In this document: positions 27,592-40,857 of the stretch, in pieces
Numbering within the stretch: position 1 is the stretch's first letter
How the letters are laid out: every line of letters begins with the position of its first letter
Origin: Octopus bimaculoides
Taxonomy: Eukaryota
Direction: 5' to 3'
Length of the DNA: 60,678 nucleotides
Assembly: GCF_001194135.2 (NCBI RefSeq)
Contig: NC_069004.1
Coordinates: 1,459,604-1,520,281 of the forward strand
The notes under the pieces: model-generated
Seen by the model: the letters and a program-made list of their open reading frames with translations, nothing else
What the model was told of the DNA's origin: nothing
Databases searched by the model: none
Translations under genes and position numbers: made by a program

Positions 27592-27668
<77 letters not shown>

Positions 27669-27761
27669 ATGTATGTATGTATGCATGTATGTATAATTAT
27701 CTATGATATATGCTTATATATACTTAATTATATATATGTACGTATATATAATAAATATGTG

Positions 27762-27807
<46 letters not shown>

Positions 27808-28454
27808 ATATATATATGTACGTATATATATGCACACATGTCATATATATATATTTATATAAAGATTTGCGTATATAAATGCATGCATGCGTGCATGCGT
27901 GCATGTATGTATATTCGTGCGTATATATGATTTGTAGAAACACGTAAAATAATACAAGAAATCCTCATTGATGATCACACATCGCCCCATCTGCACGTTT
28001 TTACGCACGCGCTTTTTGCAACAATTCACAAACCAGCCAACAGCGAACATCTCAACACACACACATATACACACACACGTTACACATACTACATACACTT
28101 CACAAGAATCTCTCCACACATGTACACACTGTTTTTGTGAAGCAGCTAAACTGAGGCGCGCACAAGTCCTCTTGTTACTGCCACCATACAATACCATATA
28201 TGGAACTAACGGAATTCCTTCCCCAGCTTGTTCTCGTTGCATTTATTTATTTGTTTGTTTGTTTATTTTTCCCGGGGAATGTTCCCTGATACGCGAAAAT
28301 GATAATGAATTAAATAGAGAGATACAATAAAATAAATGAAAATTCTGAGAGAAAGAAGTGAATGCGGGAAGTTGTCCACGGGATAGAAGAGCCAATGACT
28401 GAATGCAGAATGACTGCTGCAATGTCGGCCATTATTATTATTATCCTCATCGTC

Positions 28455-28502
<48 letters not shown>

Positions 28503-28867
28503 GCACAACACGTTGTAGCCAAGTGTGCAGACATTTTCTATTTGCTGATGGTAGTAGTGTGAGTAGAGTAAGGAGAGTAAGGAGAGAAAGACAATATAGC
28601 AAAAACGAGACAACGACAGCTGCGTTGAAGAAGATGAGATCGTTGTGCTTATATTTGTATATATGTATATATATATATATATATATGTGTCTGTGTGTAT
28701 GTATGTGGTTTCTGTGTATGGGGGGGGGTGTATATGGGTGTGTGTGTGTTTGTGTGTGTTGTGTACGAGGTGTGTAGAATGGTTGTAGTAGGTTCTGAGA
28801 TTCGGGGATTCGTGGGGGTGTATGCGTTCATCAATATTATCGCCAACAACAAGGATGGAGAGCCTGC

Positions 28868-29110
28868 CACGGAGCCCTTTTTCTCTTTCTCTCTCAACCA
28901 GCTCAAAATAGCAGCCAAATCTCCCTCAACTCTGACACTCTGTTTAGCGTCTTGCAAATGGGAAGACACGCTGGTTTGATGTAATCGTAGAGATACAGTG
29001 TCCTGGAAGAGTCAAGGGGTGGTCGTGGTTGGAACGGCTAAGACCCGAGATCTGCTCAGTCAGGGCTACCCTGAGGCTAAACCGCAAAAGCAACAATAGC
29101 AACAAAAACA
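28868..29110 (+). mobile_element. Family D SINE-like repeat, near full length
   Basis: cagctcaaaatagcagccaaatctccctcaa...ggtcgtggttggaacg..gatctgctcagtcagggctaccctgaggctaaa + (AAC)-like tail. Confidence 0.7.
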
Positions 29111-29167
29111 ATAAAAATGTTTGTGTGTATACACAGTTTTATACACACATGTATATATATATATATG

Positions 29168-29200
<33 letters not shown>

Positions 29201-29268
29201 GTATGTATGTATGTATGTGTATATGCATGTATGTGCGTGTGTTTGTATACATGCTTACATATCTGCAT

Positions 29269-29299
<31 letters not shown>

Positions 29300-29502
29300 G
29301 CATGTGTGTGTGTATGTACATAATCACACATATATATATACATGTATAGAGTCATGCGCATACACAGAGATGCATGTTCTGGGTTTGCTAGGTGAGCTGC
29401 ACACCCACGATGGCCACTAAATTCACCAAATATATCGAACTCACTCGCTAATATAACAATAGATCAAAACGGGAAGCTTAATTGTTTTTCCTTTTTCTTT
29501 CC

Positions 29503-29541
<39 letters not shown>

Positions 29542-29545
29542 TTTT

Positions 29546-29585
<40 letters not shown>

Positions 29586-29852
29586 TTATAAGATATTATT
29601 AACACGGTTATTCTCTGATAGCAACGCACATCACGCAGTCGGTCGTTTCACGATACGGCACCAGGGCAATAAAGGGACAAGAGGCGGGAGACAAAAGAAA
29701 GGCCAAAGGGTGAGCGATTTCCCATCAGTGTTTGTTTTGTTGGGGAGAAGTTCTGCGCAAAAATGCATAAATTTGGGGGTTAAAAAAAAAAAGGTTGATT
29801 TTTCCCTAACGATCATTCTGTTCTTGCAAGACCCTTCGTTTTCACATTATAG

Positions 29853-30240
29853 TTTATTTGCTTCAGGCATTGGATTTTGGCCATGCTGGGGCAGCGCATT
29901 AAAGGGTTTAGTCGAACAAATCGACACTATTTTTATCTATTCTATTTTTGTTAACTCAGATACATATTCTATCGGTTGGTTTTGCCGCGCCGCAAAAATT
30001 ACTAGGACGTAAACAAACCGACACCGGTTCTCAAGTGGGGGTGGTGATACACAAACACAAGCACGAAGATACAAAAAAAAACAAACAAACAGATATGCAT
30101 ATATACAACGATCTTCCATACAGTTTCCGCCACCCAAATTCATTCACAAGGCATAGTACAAGGCTGTAGTACAAGTCACAGGCCCTAGGTGCACGTGGTT
30201 GCAAAAGAAGCTTCTTAACCTCACAGCCATGCCTACCTCT
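29853..30240 (-). mobile_element. SINE family B, rearranged near full length
   Basis: Tail (gccatgctggggcagc), body (gtttagtcgaacaaatcgac..gacgtaaacaaaccgacaccggtt) and head remnant (cttcttaacctcacagccatgcc). Confidence 0.8.
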
Positions 30241-30662
30241 GGCTGAAGTCTCTTTTCAAATCTAAAAAGTACATTCCCGAAATAAAGATATGATTAAGCG
30301 AGATCGGATTCATATTGTTTGTAAATTTGCAAACCATGTAGAGAAACAGAGTGGAGTTTGCATGTTTATTTTTAAGTGATTCTTAAAGGCTGTCACCCTA
30401 CTACCCTACTAATGAAAATACTACAAGAGGCCCCTGTCTGTCTGTCTGTTTCTCTCTGTTTCTCTCTCTGTCTCTCTCTCTTACACACATACACACATAC
30501 ACACACACACACGCAAACACACACATTAGTTTTACAAGCAGTAGGAATAGAGCTCAATACACAAGGAAGAGTATATTGGCTCATCGGCCAATGATAGCAA
30601 CGGTAACACAACGAACAATAACAACACCGATTAATAATAATAATAATAATAATCCTTTCTAT

Positions 30663-30842
30663 TAAATGCACAAAGCCTGCAATTTTAGGTGGGGTTGGTT
30701 GGTCGATTACGCCAACCCCAGTGCTTAACTGGTACTAATTCCATCGACCTCGATAATTTGAACTCAGTACGTAAAGACGGACGAAATGCCGCTAAGTATT
30801 TGATCCGGCTTGCTAATGATTCAGACAACTCGCTGTCTTCTT
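30663..30842 (-). mobile_element. SINE family A
   Basis: accccagtgcttaactggtact..atcgacctcg..ttgaactcag..aagacggacgaaatgccgctaag..gctaatgattc. Confidence 0.8.
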
Positions 30843-30849
30843 AATACTT

Positions 30850-31012
30850 ATAATAGTCCTTTCCACTACAGGTGTGGGGGGGGGGTTACTTATTTCATCC
30901 ACTCTGAAAGGATGAGAAGCAAAGTCGACCTCGGCGGATTTTCTGAGCTCAGAACGTCAAAGCCAGAAAAAATGCGGTTAAGCATTTTGTCCGGCGCGGT
31001 AAGTGTTCTGCC
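30850..31012 (-). mobile_element. SINE family A (second of a tandem pair)
   Basis: gaaaggatgagaagcaaagtcgacctcggcggatttt..ctcagaacgt..ttaagcattttgtccggcgcg. Confidence 0.8.
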
Positions 31013-32137
31013 GAGTGTATATATATGTATGTATATATATACATGTATGTATGTTAATAATAATTCATTGTTTACAAATTGTCAGCTGACGCGGATAAAA
31101 AGACCGGTGTAAATCTCCGCNNNNNNNNNNNNNNNNNNNNNNNNNNNNNNNNNNNNNNNNNNNNNNNNNNNNNNNNNNNNNNNNNNNNNNNNNNNNNNNN
31201 NNNNNNNNNNNNNNNNNNNNNNNNNNNNNNNNNNNNNNNNNNNNNNNNNNNNNNNNNNNNNNNNNNNNNNNNNNNNNNNNNNNNNNNNNNNNNNNNNNNN
31301 NNNNNNNNNNNNNNNNNNNNNNNNNNNNNNNNNNNNNNNNNNNNNNNNNNNNNNNNNNNNNNNNNNNNNNNNNNNNNNNNNNNNNNNNNNNNNNNNNNNN
31401 NNNNNNNNNNNNNNNNNNNNNNNNNNNNNNNNNNNNNNNNNNNNNNNNNNNNNNNNNNNNNNNNNNNNNNNNNNNNNNNNNNNNNNNNNNNNNNNNNNNN
31501 NNNNNNNNNNNNNNNNNNNNNNNNNNNNNNNNNNNNNNNNNNNNNNNNNNNNNNNNNNNNNNNNNNNNACCACCACCACCACCACCACCACCACCACCGA
31601 CACCACCACAACAACCACCACTACCACCACTACCACCACTACCACATCCACCACCACCACCACCACAACCACCACCCGCACAACCGAAGCTTTTATTGTC
31701 GATATCATGCCTGTTACGATGTAAGATCTCTGAAGCTCCCATTAACAGTTCCGAATTAGACATTACTACACTGGCCACCATTCAACACTCGTCCAAGTAC
31801 AACGTTATCTTACTATTTAGAGCGGATAGTTTATTTGTAGTCTCCCGCTGCCGTCGTTCTTTACAACTTTCCTCAACGCGGTCAAGGCAAAAATCTCACT
31901 CCTACACTCGACCAGGTCTTCTACAAACATTGATGCATGTTGTATGCATGCATACACCCCTACCACACACACACACACACGCATACACACGGAGTGCATG
32001 AGAGTGCATCGATGTGTGTGTGTATGTGTGTATGGAAAGTCTTGTTGCATTTTTGAAACGTTCAAATTTGCAGAAGAAACACCCTTCATCAGCCAATCGT
32101 AAAAGTGTGTTGCTCTTAAATGATAATGCAAGACCAT

Positions 32138-32270
32138 AAATTTGCCTTTCATCCTTTTGGCATCGATGGAATATTTACCAATCGAGCACTGGGGTCAATG
32201 TAAACGACTTGCCCTCTTTGGGCTCTGTGGTGATCGTAGAAAGAATTATTATTATTATTATTATTGGCCA
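32138..32270 (+). mobile_element. SINE family A, 3' half with (ATT)n tail
   Basis: tttgcctttcatccttttggcatcgat..gagcactggggtcaatgtaaacgactt..agaaagaattattatt. Confidence 0.8.
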
Positions 32271-32329
32271 GTTTCGGAAATGATATCTTGTGGTATTAAG
32301 TCCCGTTGAATTCAATGACCGCCGACGAC

Positions 32330-32403
32330 AACTTTGCCGATTCGCTAAGTTACGTGGCGGTAAAGAAACCAAAACTGTTACTAAGAGCTGGTGAGGCATG
32401 AAT

Positions 32404-32436
<33 letters not shown>

Positions 32437-32607
32437 CACACATACATACACGACAGCGTTTCCGTCTACTAAATCACTCACGTAGAATTGGTCGGCCCAG
32501 GGCTATAGTAGAAGACACATGCCCAAGGTACCACGCGGTGGGACTGAACCCGAAACCACTCAGCAGCAAACCAAGTTTCCTAACCACACGGCCACACCTG
32601 CGCCCAT
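32330..32607 (-). mobile_element. SINE family B with clear tRNA head and internal (TG)n
   Basis: Minus strand: gggcgcaggtgtggccgtgtggttagg (A-box), gggttcagtcccac (B-box), accttgggcatgtgtcttctactatagccc. Confidence 0.9.
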
Positions 32608-33464
32608 GTAAGAAACCGTTATTACTGTCTTTGTTGCATTGGTGTTTGTTGTACTCCGAACCACAGTATGCAATGTGCGTGCTTCTCAGAAGAAACAAAA
32701 AAAAAACAAAAAAACAAAACAGGACGGTAGGAGTGGTTTGAGCGCTATTTAGTCGCTATTACATGCAGAAGTGGTGCGACCACATAGAGCCTCCTGGGAC
32801 GTTAATGATGATACTAGCCTTGACGTGAACATCACCACCACCACCACCACCATCACCACTACTACTACTACGACTACTACTACAATCACCTCTACCACTA
32901 GCACCACTACCATCATTTACTACTACTACTACTACTACTACTACTATCATTTCTACTACTACTACTACCACTGCTACCGCCACTGCCAGTTGTGCAGCTG
33001 CAAGATAGTGAGACTATTATTTCGCTGCACAACTGACTCTGTACACAAGTCCAGGTGAGACTTAGTATTATTGATCGAACAGCGGAACTGATATGGTCGG
33101 CTTTGGTGCAAGCAATGTTCGATAACGTTGTTATTGATGCTGTTGTCGTAATGATGTTGATATTATCGTTGTTCTCGTAATTGATGATGTTGTTGTTGTT
33201 GTTGCTGTTTATGACTGCGAAGCAAGCGGATCTGTGACCAAAGGTGTTTCACCTTTTGGTTTTGTTTGTTCCGTGTGGCAATGATCGAGGGTTGGCGGAA
33301 AAGGTCATCGGCTGACTATGAAGGAGTCCTGCCAGAATCGTAACTTGTTGGACCGCTGCAATAAGTGAATCTGGCGAATAGGTTGAGTAAAATCATAAGT
33401 AACTGATCCTCCTCTCTTTTCTTTTACTCAACGCCAGGAACTTTTCATTATATTAACGAGGAGG

Positions 33465-33610
33465 TGCTTCTTTCAGTTTCCGTCTACCAAATTCACTCAT
33501 ATGGCTTTGAATAGTCCGAGGCTATAATAGTAGCCAATTGCCCAAGGTGCCATGCAGTGCGATTGAACCTGGAACCATGTGGTTGGGAAGCAGACGTCCT
33601 ACCACACGCA
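33465..33610 (-). mobile_element. SINE family B, 5' part
   Basis: ttctttcagtttccgtctaccaaattcactc..gaggctata..tgcccaaggtgccatgcagtgcgattgaacctggaaccatgtggttgggaagc. Confidence 0.85.
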
Positions 33611-33704
33611 CGTACATTTATATATATATATACGCATATATCTACATATTTATATACACATCTAAATCTCACGTAGAGGCGTGTGTGTATGCGTTCGTGC
33701 GGAT

Positions 33705-33758
<54 letters not shown>

Positions 33759-34143
33759 NNNNNNNNNNNNNNNNNNNNNNNNNNNNNNNNNNNNNNNNNN
33801 NNNNNNNNNNNNNNNNNNNNNNNNNNNNNNNNNNNNNNNNNNNNNNNNNNNNNNNNNNNNNNNNNNNNNNNNNNNNNNNNNNNNNNNNNNNNNTTTATAT
33901 ATATACACACACACACACAGATATATGCATATTGATGCTGTAATTAACATGAGATTTAATGAACGGAAATCACTCGATGATCGTGTGTGTGGAAGTGTAT
34001 ATGCATACAAGATTATGTGCGTGTGTATGTGTGTGTTTACGTATTTATTGACTATACGTCTTCAAGTACACACATACACACACTAACGCACGCACATACT
34101 CACCAAAGCCATTCGACGCATGTGTCACCTGCAAACGTGCATA

Positions 34144-34184
<41 letters not shown>

Positions 34185-34235
34185 NNNNNNNNNNNNNNNN
34201 NNNNNNNNNNNNNNNNNNNNNNNNNNNNNNNNNNN

Positions 34236-34295
<60 letters not shown>

Positions 34296-34745
34296 CGTGC
34301 GTGTGTGCGTGCACTCCCATAATCCTTGCTTACCTACGTTCTCAGGTAGCATATGCACATGCAGCACGCGTGTACTTGGCACTCGAAGTCTGTGAGCTTG
34401 TTTGTATCCGAAGTATTCTAGCGAAGCAACGCATCTATATATGGATATGCTCTTCGGAGTGGTTACCTGTTCGATACAAAAATAAAAATATAACGAGAAT
34501 AGAAAGAAAGGAGGAAGGAAAGAAAGAAAGAATCGAAGAAGTAATGAATTCGGAGTCTGCAGCAGAGCTTTTCAATGAATGATTGGTTCATAAGCGACAC
34601 ATTAACAGTTGTAGTGTGTATACACTCTGCAAAAGCACAATGCCGATACCACATTTTGTACACATGTTGCGTTGAGCAATGTGTATACGTGGGTATATTA
34701 GGGGTGGATGCAGGTGTTTGTGCTTTGCCTATGTGTTTATATATA

Positions 34746-34844
<99 letters not shown>

Positions 34845-34955
34845 ATATATGTTAGTGTTTCTCTGTATGTATATATATATATGTGTGTGTGTGTATGTGT
34901 ATGTATATGTTTGTGCGTGTTTAAGTGCTTGTGTGTGTATTTGTATATGCATTAC

Positions 34956-35020
<65 letters not shown>

Positions 35021-35899
35021 ATGCCGGGTAGCTAGCTAGCCTACTATGTGTGTGTGTGAGAGAGAGAGAAACAGATACATAGAGTTGCATGCTTATGTGT
35101 AAGCATCTATCTATAGGTATATTTGTGTATGTCTATCCCCACATGTACAAATACATGTGTATACATGTGTACATTTAAATGTCAGTGTGCACATATACGT
35201 TTGTGGTGTGTGTGTGTATGTGTTTCTATCCGTGCGTGTGTCAATGTTTACATTTGTTTGTGTGTGCGTGTGTGTGTGCGTGTGTGTGTGTGCGTGTGTG
35301 TGTGCGTGTGTGTGTGCGTGTGTGTGTGCGTGTGTGTGTGCGCGTGTGTGTGCGCGCGTGTGTGTGTGTGTTTCGGTGTTATATTTGTTATTGATCCGAA
35401 AGTCAACCCTGGCCCAGCAGACATGTTCGTTTGTTTACATATTTGACATGTCGATATTGTTGCTTAGAAGGACAATGACCGGATCGCGCTGCAGCCCTGA
35501 CGGGGACACTGACAATGGCGTATCTGACCCCAGGCAAGGAACTTCCTTCAAAAGAAAAAAAAAGCATCGTAGATGCAACAACAACAACAGCAACAATAGT
35601 AACAGCAAACAACAACAACAATGTTGCTGCCTTCGACCCTCGTGTTACACTGTTCTACGTATTGTGGTATGATCCTATAAGACAAATGTATCTCCTACAG
35701 TCTCTGTTTGTCGCTTCACCGCATCCTTGTCTTTAAACACCACAAATAAAGCTCCCTCTCGAGTCATATAAACTCTTTTGGCCGGTTTCCCGGTTTGTGT
35801 GACGTCTATTGCAATGTTACTAATTTTTGCCATTTTCTTCATAACCAATCCTCATTGGTGTGCCAATCTAAGAACTCTGCCGACTGCATTGGCCAACTG

Positions 35900-36239
35900 T
35901 AAATAAAAGACTGCAGACACCAAGCGTCTTCGTCTATGCTTGACTCAGGACGGAAGCTCCGTCAAAAAGTTGAGCTGCGGAAAGATGGGCCTGATAGAAG
36001 GTGACCACACCAACTCACTGTCCAGAAATCTCTGCAGATATTGCAGCTTCGGTGTATCTCTACGTATCTTCAACAATTGTCCCCTGAGCCCTCCGTACAG
36101 AGAGTTTTGGTAGAAAATCGATTTCTAGAAGAGTAGAAGAACATATTCCTCCTGCATGGAGCGAAAGACCAGACGTTCCAATCTAGCCAGATGGGAACCC
36201 GTGCAAGGTACGATGTCCAGGCTGTAATACACGACCAAG

Positions 36240-36297
<58 letters not shown>

Positions 36298-36440
36298 CTA
36301 GATGTGACTAACCACCTTACTCGGAATCGAATCTCGTTCCTATCCATATTGAGGGTCCGCATCGAGTCATACGTCAAACAACCAAACCGTCTGGCCTGTC
36401 CAGTGCACTACAACACCGTCCGGCGGCATGGACTCGTCTG
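35900..36440 (-). mobile_element. Decayed Tx1/L1-clade LINE ORF2, post-RT region, interrupted by (AG)n
   Basis: Minus peptides HWTGQTVWLFDV*..DPQ-MDRN, VYYSLDIVPCTGSHLARLERLVFR, YGGL, LQYLQRFLDSELVWSPSIRPIFPQL fit the L1/Tx1 region after RT (..L.G..FG.., GGLG). Confidence 0.7.
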
Positions 36441-36946
36441 NNNNNNNNNNNNNNNNNNNNNNNNNNNNNNNNNNNNNNNNNNNNNNNNNNNNNNNNNNNN
36501 NNNNNNNNNNNNNNNNNNNNNNNNNNNNNNNNNNNNNNNNNNNNNNNNNNNNNNNNNNNNNNNNNNNNNNNNNNNNNNNNNNNNNNNNNNNNNNNNNNNN
36601 NNNNNNNNNNNNNNNNNNNNNNNNNNNNNNNNNNNNNNNNNNNNNNNNNNNNNNNNNNNNNNNNNNNNNNNNNNNNNNNNNNNNNNNNNNNNNNNNNNNN
36701 NNNNNNNNNNNNNNNNNNNNNNNNNNNNNNNNNNNNNNNNNNNNNNNNNNNNNNNNNNNNNNNNNNNNNNNNNNNNNNNNNNNNNNNNNNNNNNNNNNNN
36801 NNNNNNNNNNNNNNNNNNNNNNTGCATGGAATTGAACTTGTCACGGACAGATCCGCCTCAACGTATTTCTTTTACGGTTTTTTTTTTGTTTCGTAATTAT
36901 TTTTACAAGACAGGTACCAAACATATATATATACAGGAGTGATGAC

Positions 36947-36983
<37 letters not shown>

Positions 36984-37454
36984 TTGATGGTGATGGTGAT
37001 GATGGTGATGGTGATGATGATGGCGATGACAACGGTGACGGATGATGACAAAGATGATGATGATGATGGTGGTGATGATGATGATGATGGTGGTGGTGAT
37101 GATGATGATGATGATGATGATGGTGGTGATGATGATGATGATGATGATCTGTTGCTGTTGTTTTGTATTTGTCACAAGAGTAGCAGAGAAGAGAGAAAGA
37201 GAAAGAGGAAAAGAAAGAGAGAGAAAAAGAAAGCGAGAGAGAAAGAAAGCGAGAGAGACAGGCAGGCAGACAGAGGGAGAGAGACTATCAATACTATCCA
37301 CCACCATCACCACGACCCCCCACAGCCGTTGCTAGTGCTGCTGCTGCTTCCAGTGTGTTCTATATTTAGATTCAGTTCAGCTGAGAATAGAAACAACAAG
37401 AATACCTCCTCACATTTAAACCTATTTTAACACACAACATTTATTTCCTTCTTC

Positions 37455-37939
37455 TTGAGAGACTCTCACTCTTCTCTCTCTTCTCCCCTTCCTCTCTCTA
37501 CACACTCTCTCTATCTCACTCTCTCACTCTCTTTCAATCTCTCTCCATCTCTCTCCAATTCTGTCTCTCTTTCTCTACTGTTTCTCTTAAATTCTGTCTG
37601 TCTGTCTGTCTCTATCACTCTCTCTCCGTCTCTCTCTCTCTCTCTCTCCGTCTCTCTCTCTCTCTGTCTCTCTCTCTCTGTTTCTCTGTCTCTCTGTCTC
37701 TCTCTCTCTCTACGCTGTCTCTCTCACTCTCTCTCCGTCTTTCTCCAATTCTGTCTCTCTCTCTCTCCCTCACTACTCTGTCTCACTCGCTTTCCGTCTC
37801 TCTCCATTTCTGTCTGTCTGTCTGTCTGTCACTGTCACTCTCTCTCTCCACTCTGTCACTCTCACTCTCTCTCTCCGTCTCTCTCCAATTCTGTCTGTCT
37901 GTCTCTTTTTCCACTCTGTCTCTCTCACTCTCTCTTTCC

Positions 37940-37987
<48 letters not shown>

Positions 37988-38030
37988 ATCGCATCATCTC
38001 TCTTCTATCTCTGACCCTTCTTCAGCTCTT
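37455..38030. repeat. About 570-bp polypyrimidine (CT/CTGT-rich) tract
   Basis: Nearly purine-free tract with a recurring ctccaattctgtct motif. Confidence 0.9.
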
Positions 38031-38690
38031 AGTTCATACACACATACTGCCTCTCTCTTTCCTCTTTCTATCACTTTTCCTAACTTTTCCTTCATCTACT
38101 TAGATATATATATATATATTTCTGTTCGTCCGTCTATCTATCTATCCATCCATCTATCTATCTTTCTATCTATCTATCTATCTTTCTATCTATCCATCCA
38201 TCCATCTATCTATCTTTCTATCTATCCATCTATCTATCTGTCTATCTATCTATCTATCTTTCTATCTACATAAAACGGAAATAAAACTGAATAATGACAT
38301 ACACGTTTATGTGTATGCGCATGTGCGTGCGCATGAGTGTATGAACGTATGTGTGAATGTGTACACACAGATAACATTATATCGGTGTCTTTATATAAGA
38401 ATATAGGTGCGCGTGCGCGTGCGCGTGTTTCTCTTCTGTTTTTAATCATTTGAATTCTTCCTCTGAAGAAGGAGCTGGTTTCTGTGTATGCATGTGTGTA
38501 TGTATGTATGTACTGGCAATTAGTTGGTTATTCGGTCCATTATTGATCGGAGTTTTAGGCACGTACGGTGTACGTGCGGTCGGTCAAACGATCTATGGCG
38601 CAGAAAACTGTGTTCACGATGCACTAGTTTAGCCGATGTTTAAGAAGTTTGACTTAACCATAAACATCAGCTCAGTCTTAAGCCCAGACA

Positions 38691-39065
38691 GATTTCTAGA
38701 CATAACATTACATTAAGCACTTGACCTCGCAAACGCTCCACACACAGCCACCAAAAACACTGCCCAATCGTTATAATTAGGAATCATGCAATTGAAACAG
38801 ATAAAAGTATCTCTTCTGTATCCTCACATGGAGGCATCGCAGTCATAATGATGCGCTAGGCAGAAGAGCTTCAGTGGAAGCCGAAGACACGAAGAAATTA
38901 CAGAGAAGAGCTTGGAAGACGAAGATAATTTGGTTCAATCCCTTATATAACTAGGTTGCAACAGGGGGACATTGGCTGGGAATTTCTGTTTCTGGTAAGA
39001 CATTTGCCGCCGACATACAAATACAGTAAATTTTTCAATACTCATAACATTAAGATTAGTTATTG
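38691..39065 (+). pseudogene. Decayed Penelope-like element RT thumb and RT-EN linker
   Basis: FLDITL, HNDALG, KIIWFNPLYN*VAT-DIGWEFLFLVRHLPPTYKYSKFFNTHNIKISY match the PLE motif KIIWFNPPY...IG..F...FN...IKISY. Confidence 0.75.
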
Positions 39066-39434
39066 AAGTTAAAAGAGAAATCATAGTCTCACACAGATCC
39101 CACAGGAAAAGCCGAACTGATCCTCAAAGTTCTCATCTTTCCAAAACAGTAATATATTTATAAACTACGTAATGTATCCATAAAATATCCCGGGGGTGAT
39201 ACTAAAAGGAGTTATAAGGGGCTTTTTGAAAATACTTTTAAAATCCGTTATTACATGATTCTATATTTATTTCAATAAAAGAACAAAGAAAATGTTACGT
39301 CTCTGAATTCGTCAGGAAACCCCTGGCTTCCTGAGTTTTCTGACGAACAACTGCTTCCCATTTGTACATCTATGGATTATATTCTACAATGTAGTAAGGT
39401 TTGCGAGCCGGCAACATCGTTTGTGTATGTTTTT

Positions 39435-39595
39435 TCCCGGCTCTAACGTTCTGAGTTCAAATTTTGCCGAGGTCGATTTTGTCTTTCATCCTCTTGAAGT
39501 TGATAGAATATAGTTCCCAGTTGAGCAATGGGGTCGATGGAATCGGCTGGTGCCCTCTGACCAAATTTCTGGTCGTGTGCCCAATCTAATTACGT
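39435..39595 (+). mobile_element. SINE family A
   Basis: acgttctgagttcaaattttgccgaggtcgattttgtctttcatcc..cagttgagcaatggggtcgat. Confidence 0.85.
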
Positions 39596-39614
39596 AATGA
39601 AGTAAGGCGGTGGC

Positions 39615-39790
39615 TCTTAACGCATTTCTTCCGGCTCTTAATGTTCTGAGTTCAAATCCTGTCGAAGTCCACTTTGATTTTCATCCTTTCGGAGTCCATA
39701 GAAAAAAGTACCAATTGAGACCAGGGATCGATATAATCGGTTACCCCTCCTCCTAAAATTGCTGGCTTTGTGCCCAGGGCTGAAACTATG
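39615..39790 (+). mobile_element. SINE family A (tandem partner)
   Basis: gttctgagttcaaatcctgtcgaagtccactttgattttcatcctttcggagtc..aagtacca..ctaaaattgctggctttgtgcc. Confidence 0.85.
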
Positions 39791-40774
39791 CCATAGGGTA
39801 TTGTTGCTAAGGTGTCCAGCTGCTAATTATATAAATATAAGCGTACAAACGAACAATGATAGTGTTTAACATTAATCAGAACCGGTTGTAAAGTTATAGA
39901 TGAATGAATAAAAGATGATGCTGAATAATTTCAAAGCTAACTTTTGAAGATGGTTTCATCTTGTTTCTCCAGGAATAGAACACTGTTTATTTACTTACTA
40001 CACGCGCGCTCGCACACACGCACGCACACACACACACACACACACACACTAGAAGGTAGTCGTATTTTCAATAGGTCTAAACGAAAAACAGCTATATCTG
40101 TGTATATATATATATATATNNNNNNNNNNNNNNNNNNNNNNNNNNNNNNNNNNNNNNNNNNNNNNNNNNNNNNNNNNNNNNNNNNNNNNNNNNNNNNNNN
40201 NNNNNNNNNNNNNNNNNNNNNNNNNNNNNNNNNNNNNNNNNNNNNNNNNNNNNNNNNNNNNNNNNNNNNNNNNNNNNNNNNNNNNNNNNNNNNNNNNNNN
40301 NNNNNNNNNNNNNNNNNNNNNNNNNNNNNNNNNNNNNNNNNNNNNNNNNNNNNNNNNNNNNNNNNNNNNNNNNNNNNNNNNNNNNNNNNNNNNNNNNNNN
40401 NNNNNNNNNNNNNNNNNNNNNNNNNNNNNNNNNNNNNNNNNNNNNNNNNNNNNNNNNNNNNNNNNNNNNNNNNNNNNNNNNNNNNNNNNNNNNNNNNNNN
40501 NNNNNNNNNNNNNNNNNNNNNNNNNNNNNNNNNNNNNNNNNNNNNNNNNNNNNNNNNNNNNNNNTCAGGTGAACAGAAATGGTTTGAGGTTTTCCCTTCG
40601 GCAGAAGGAAAACTCCTTTCTGTCCCGCTTCTTCCTCCTCCTCCTCCTCCTCCTCCTCCTCCTCCTGTCTCATTCTTGCACACTCTTCCCGCCTTTCACG
40701 TCTCACACTCTCTTACTTTTTTCGTCTCTCTGTCTCATTCACTCATGCATTCTCCATTTTGTTCTCTTTGTCTA

Positions 40775-40857
<83 letters not shown>

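Noticed and set aside
18693-32607. tRNA-like heads as tRNA genes
   Set aside because: A/B boxes run into SINE bodies; no complete cloverleaf.
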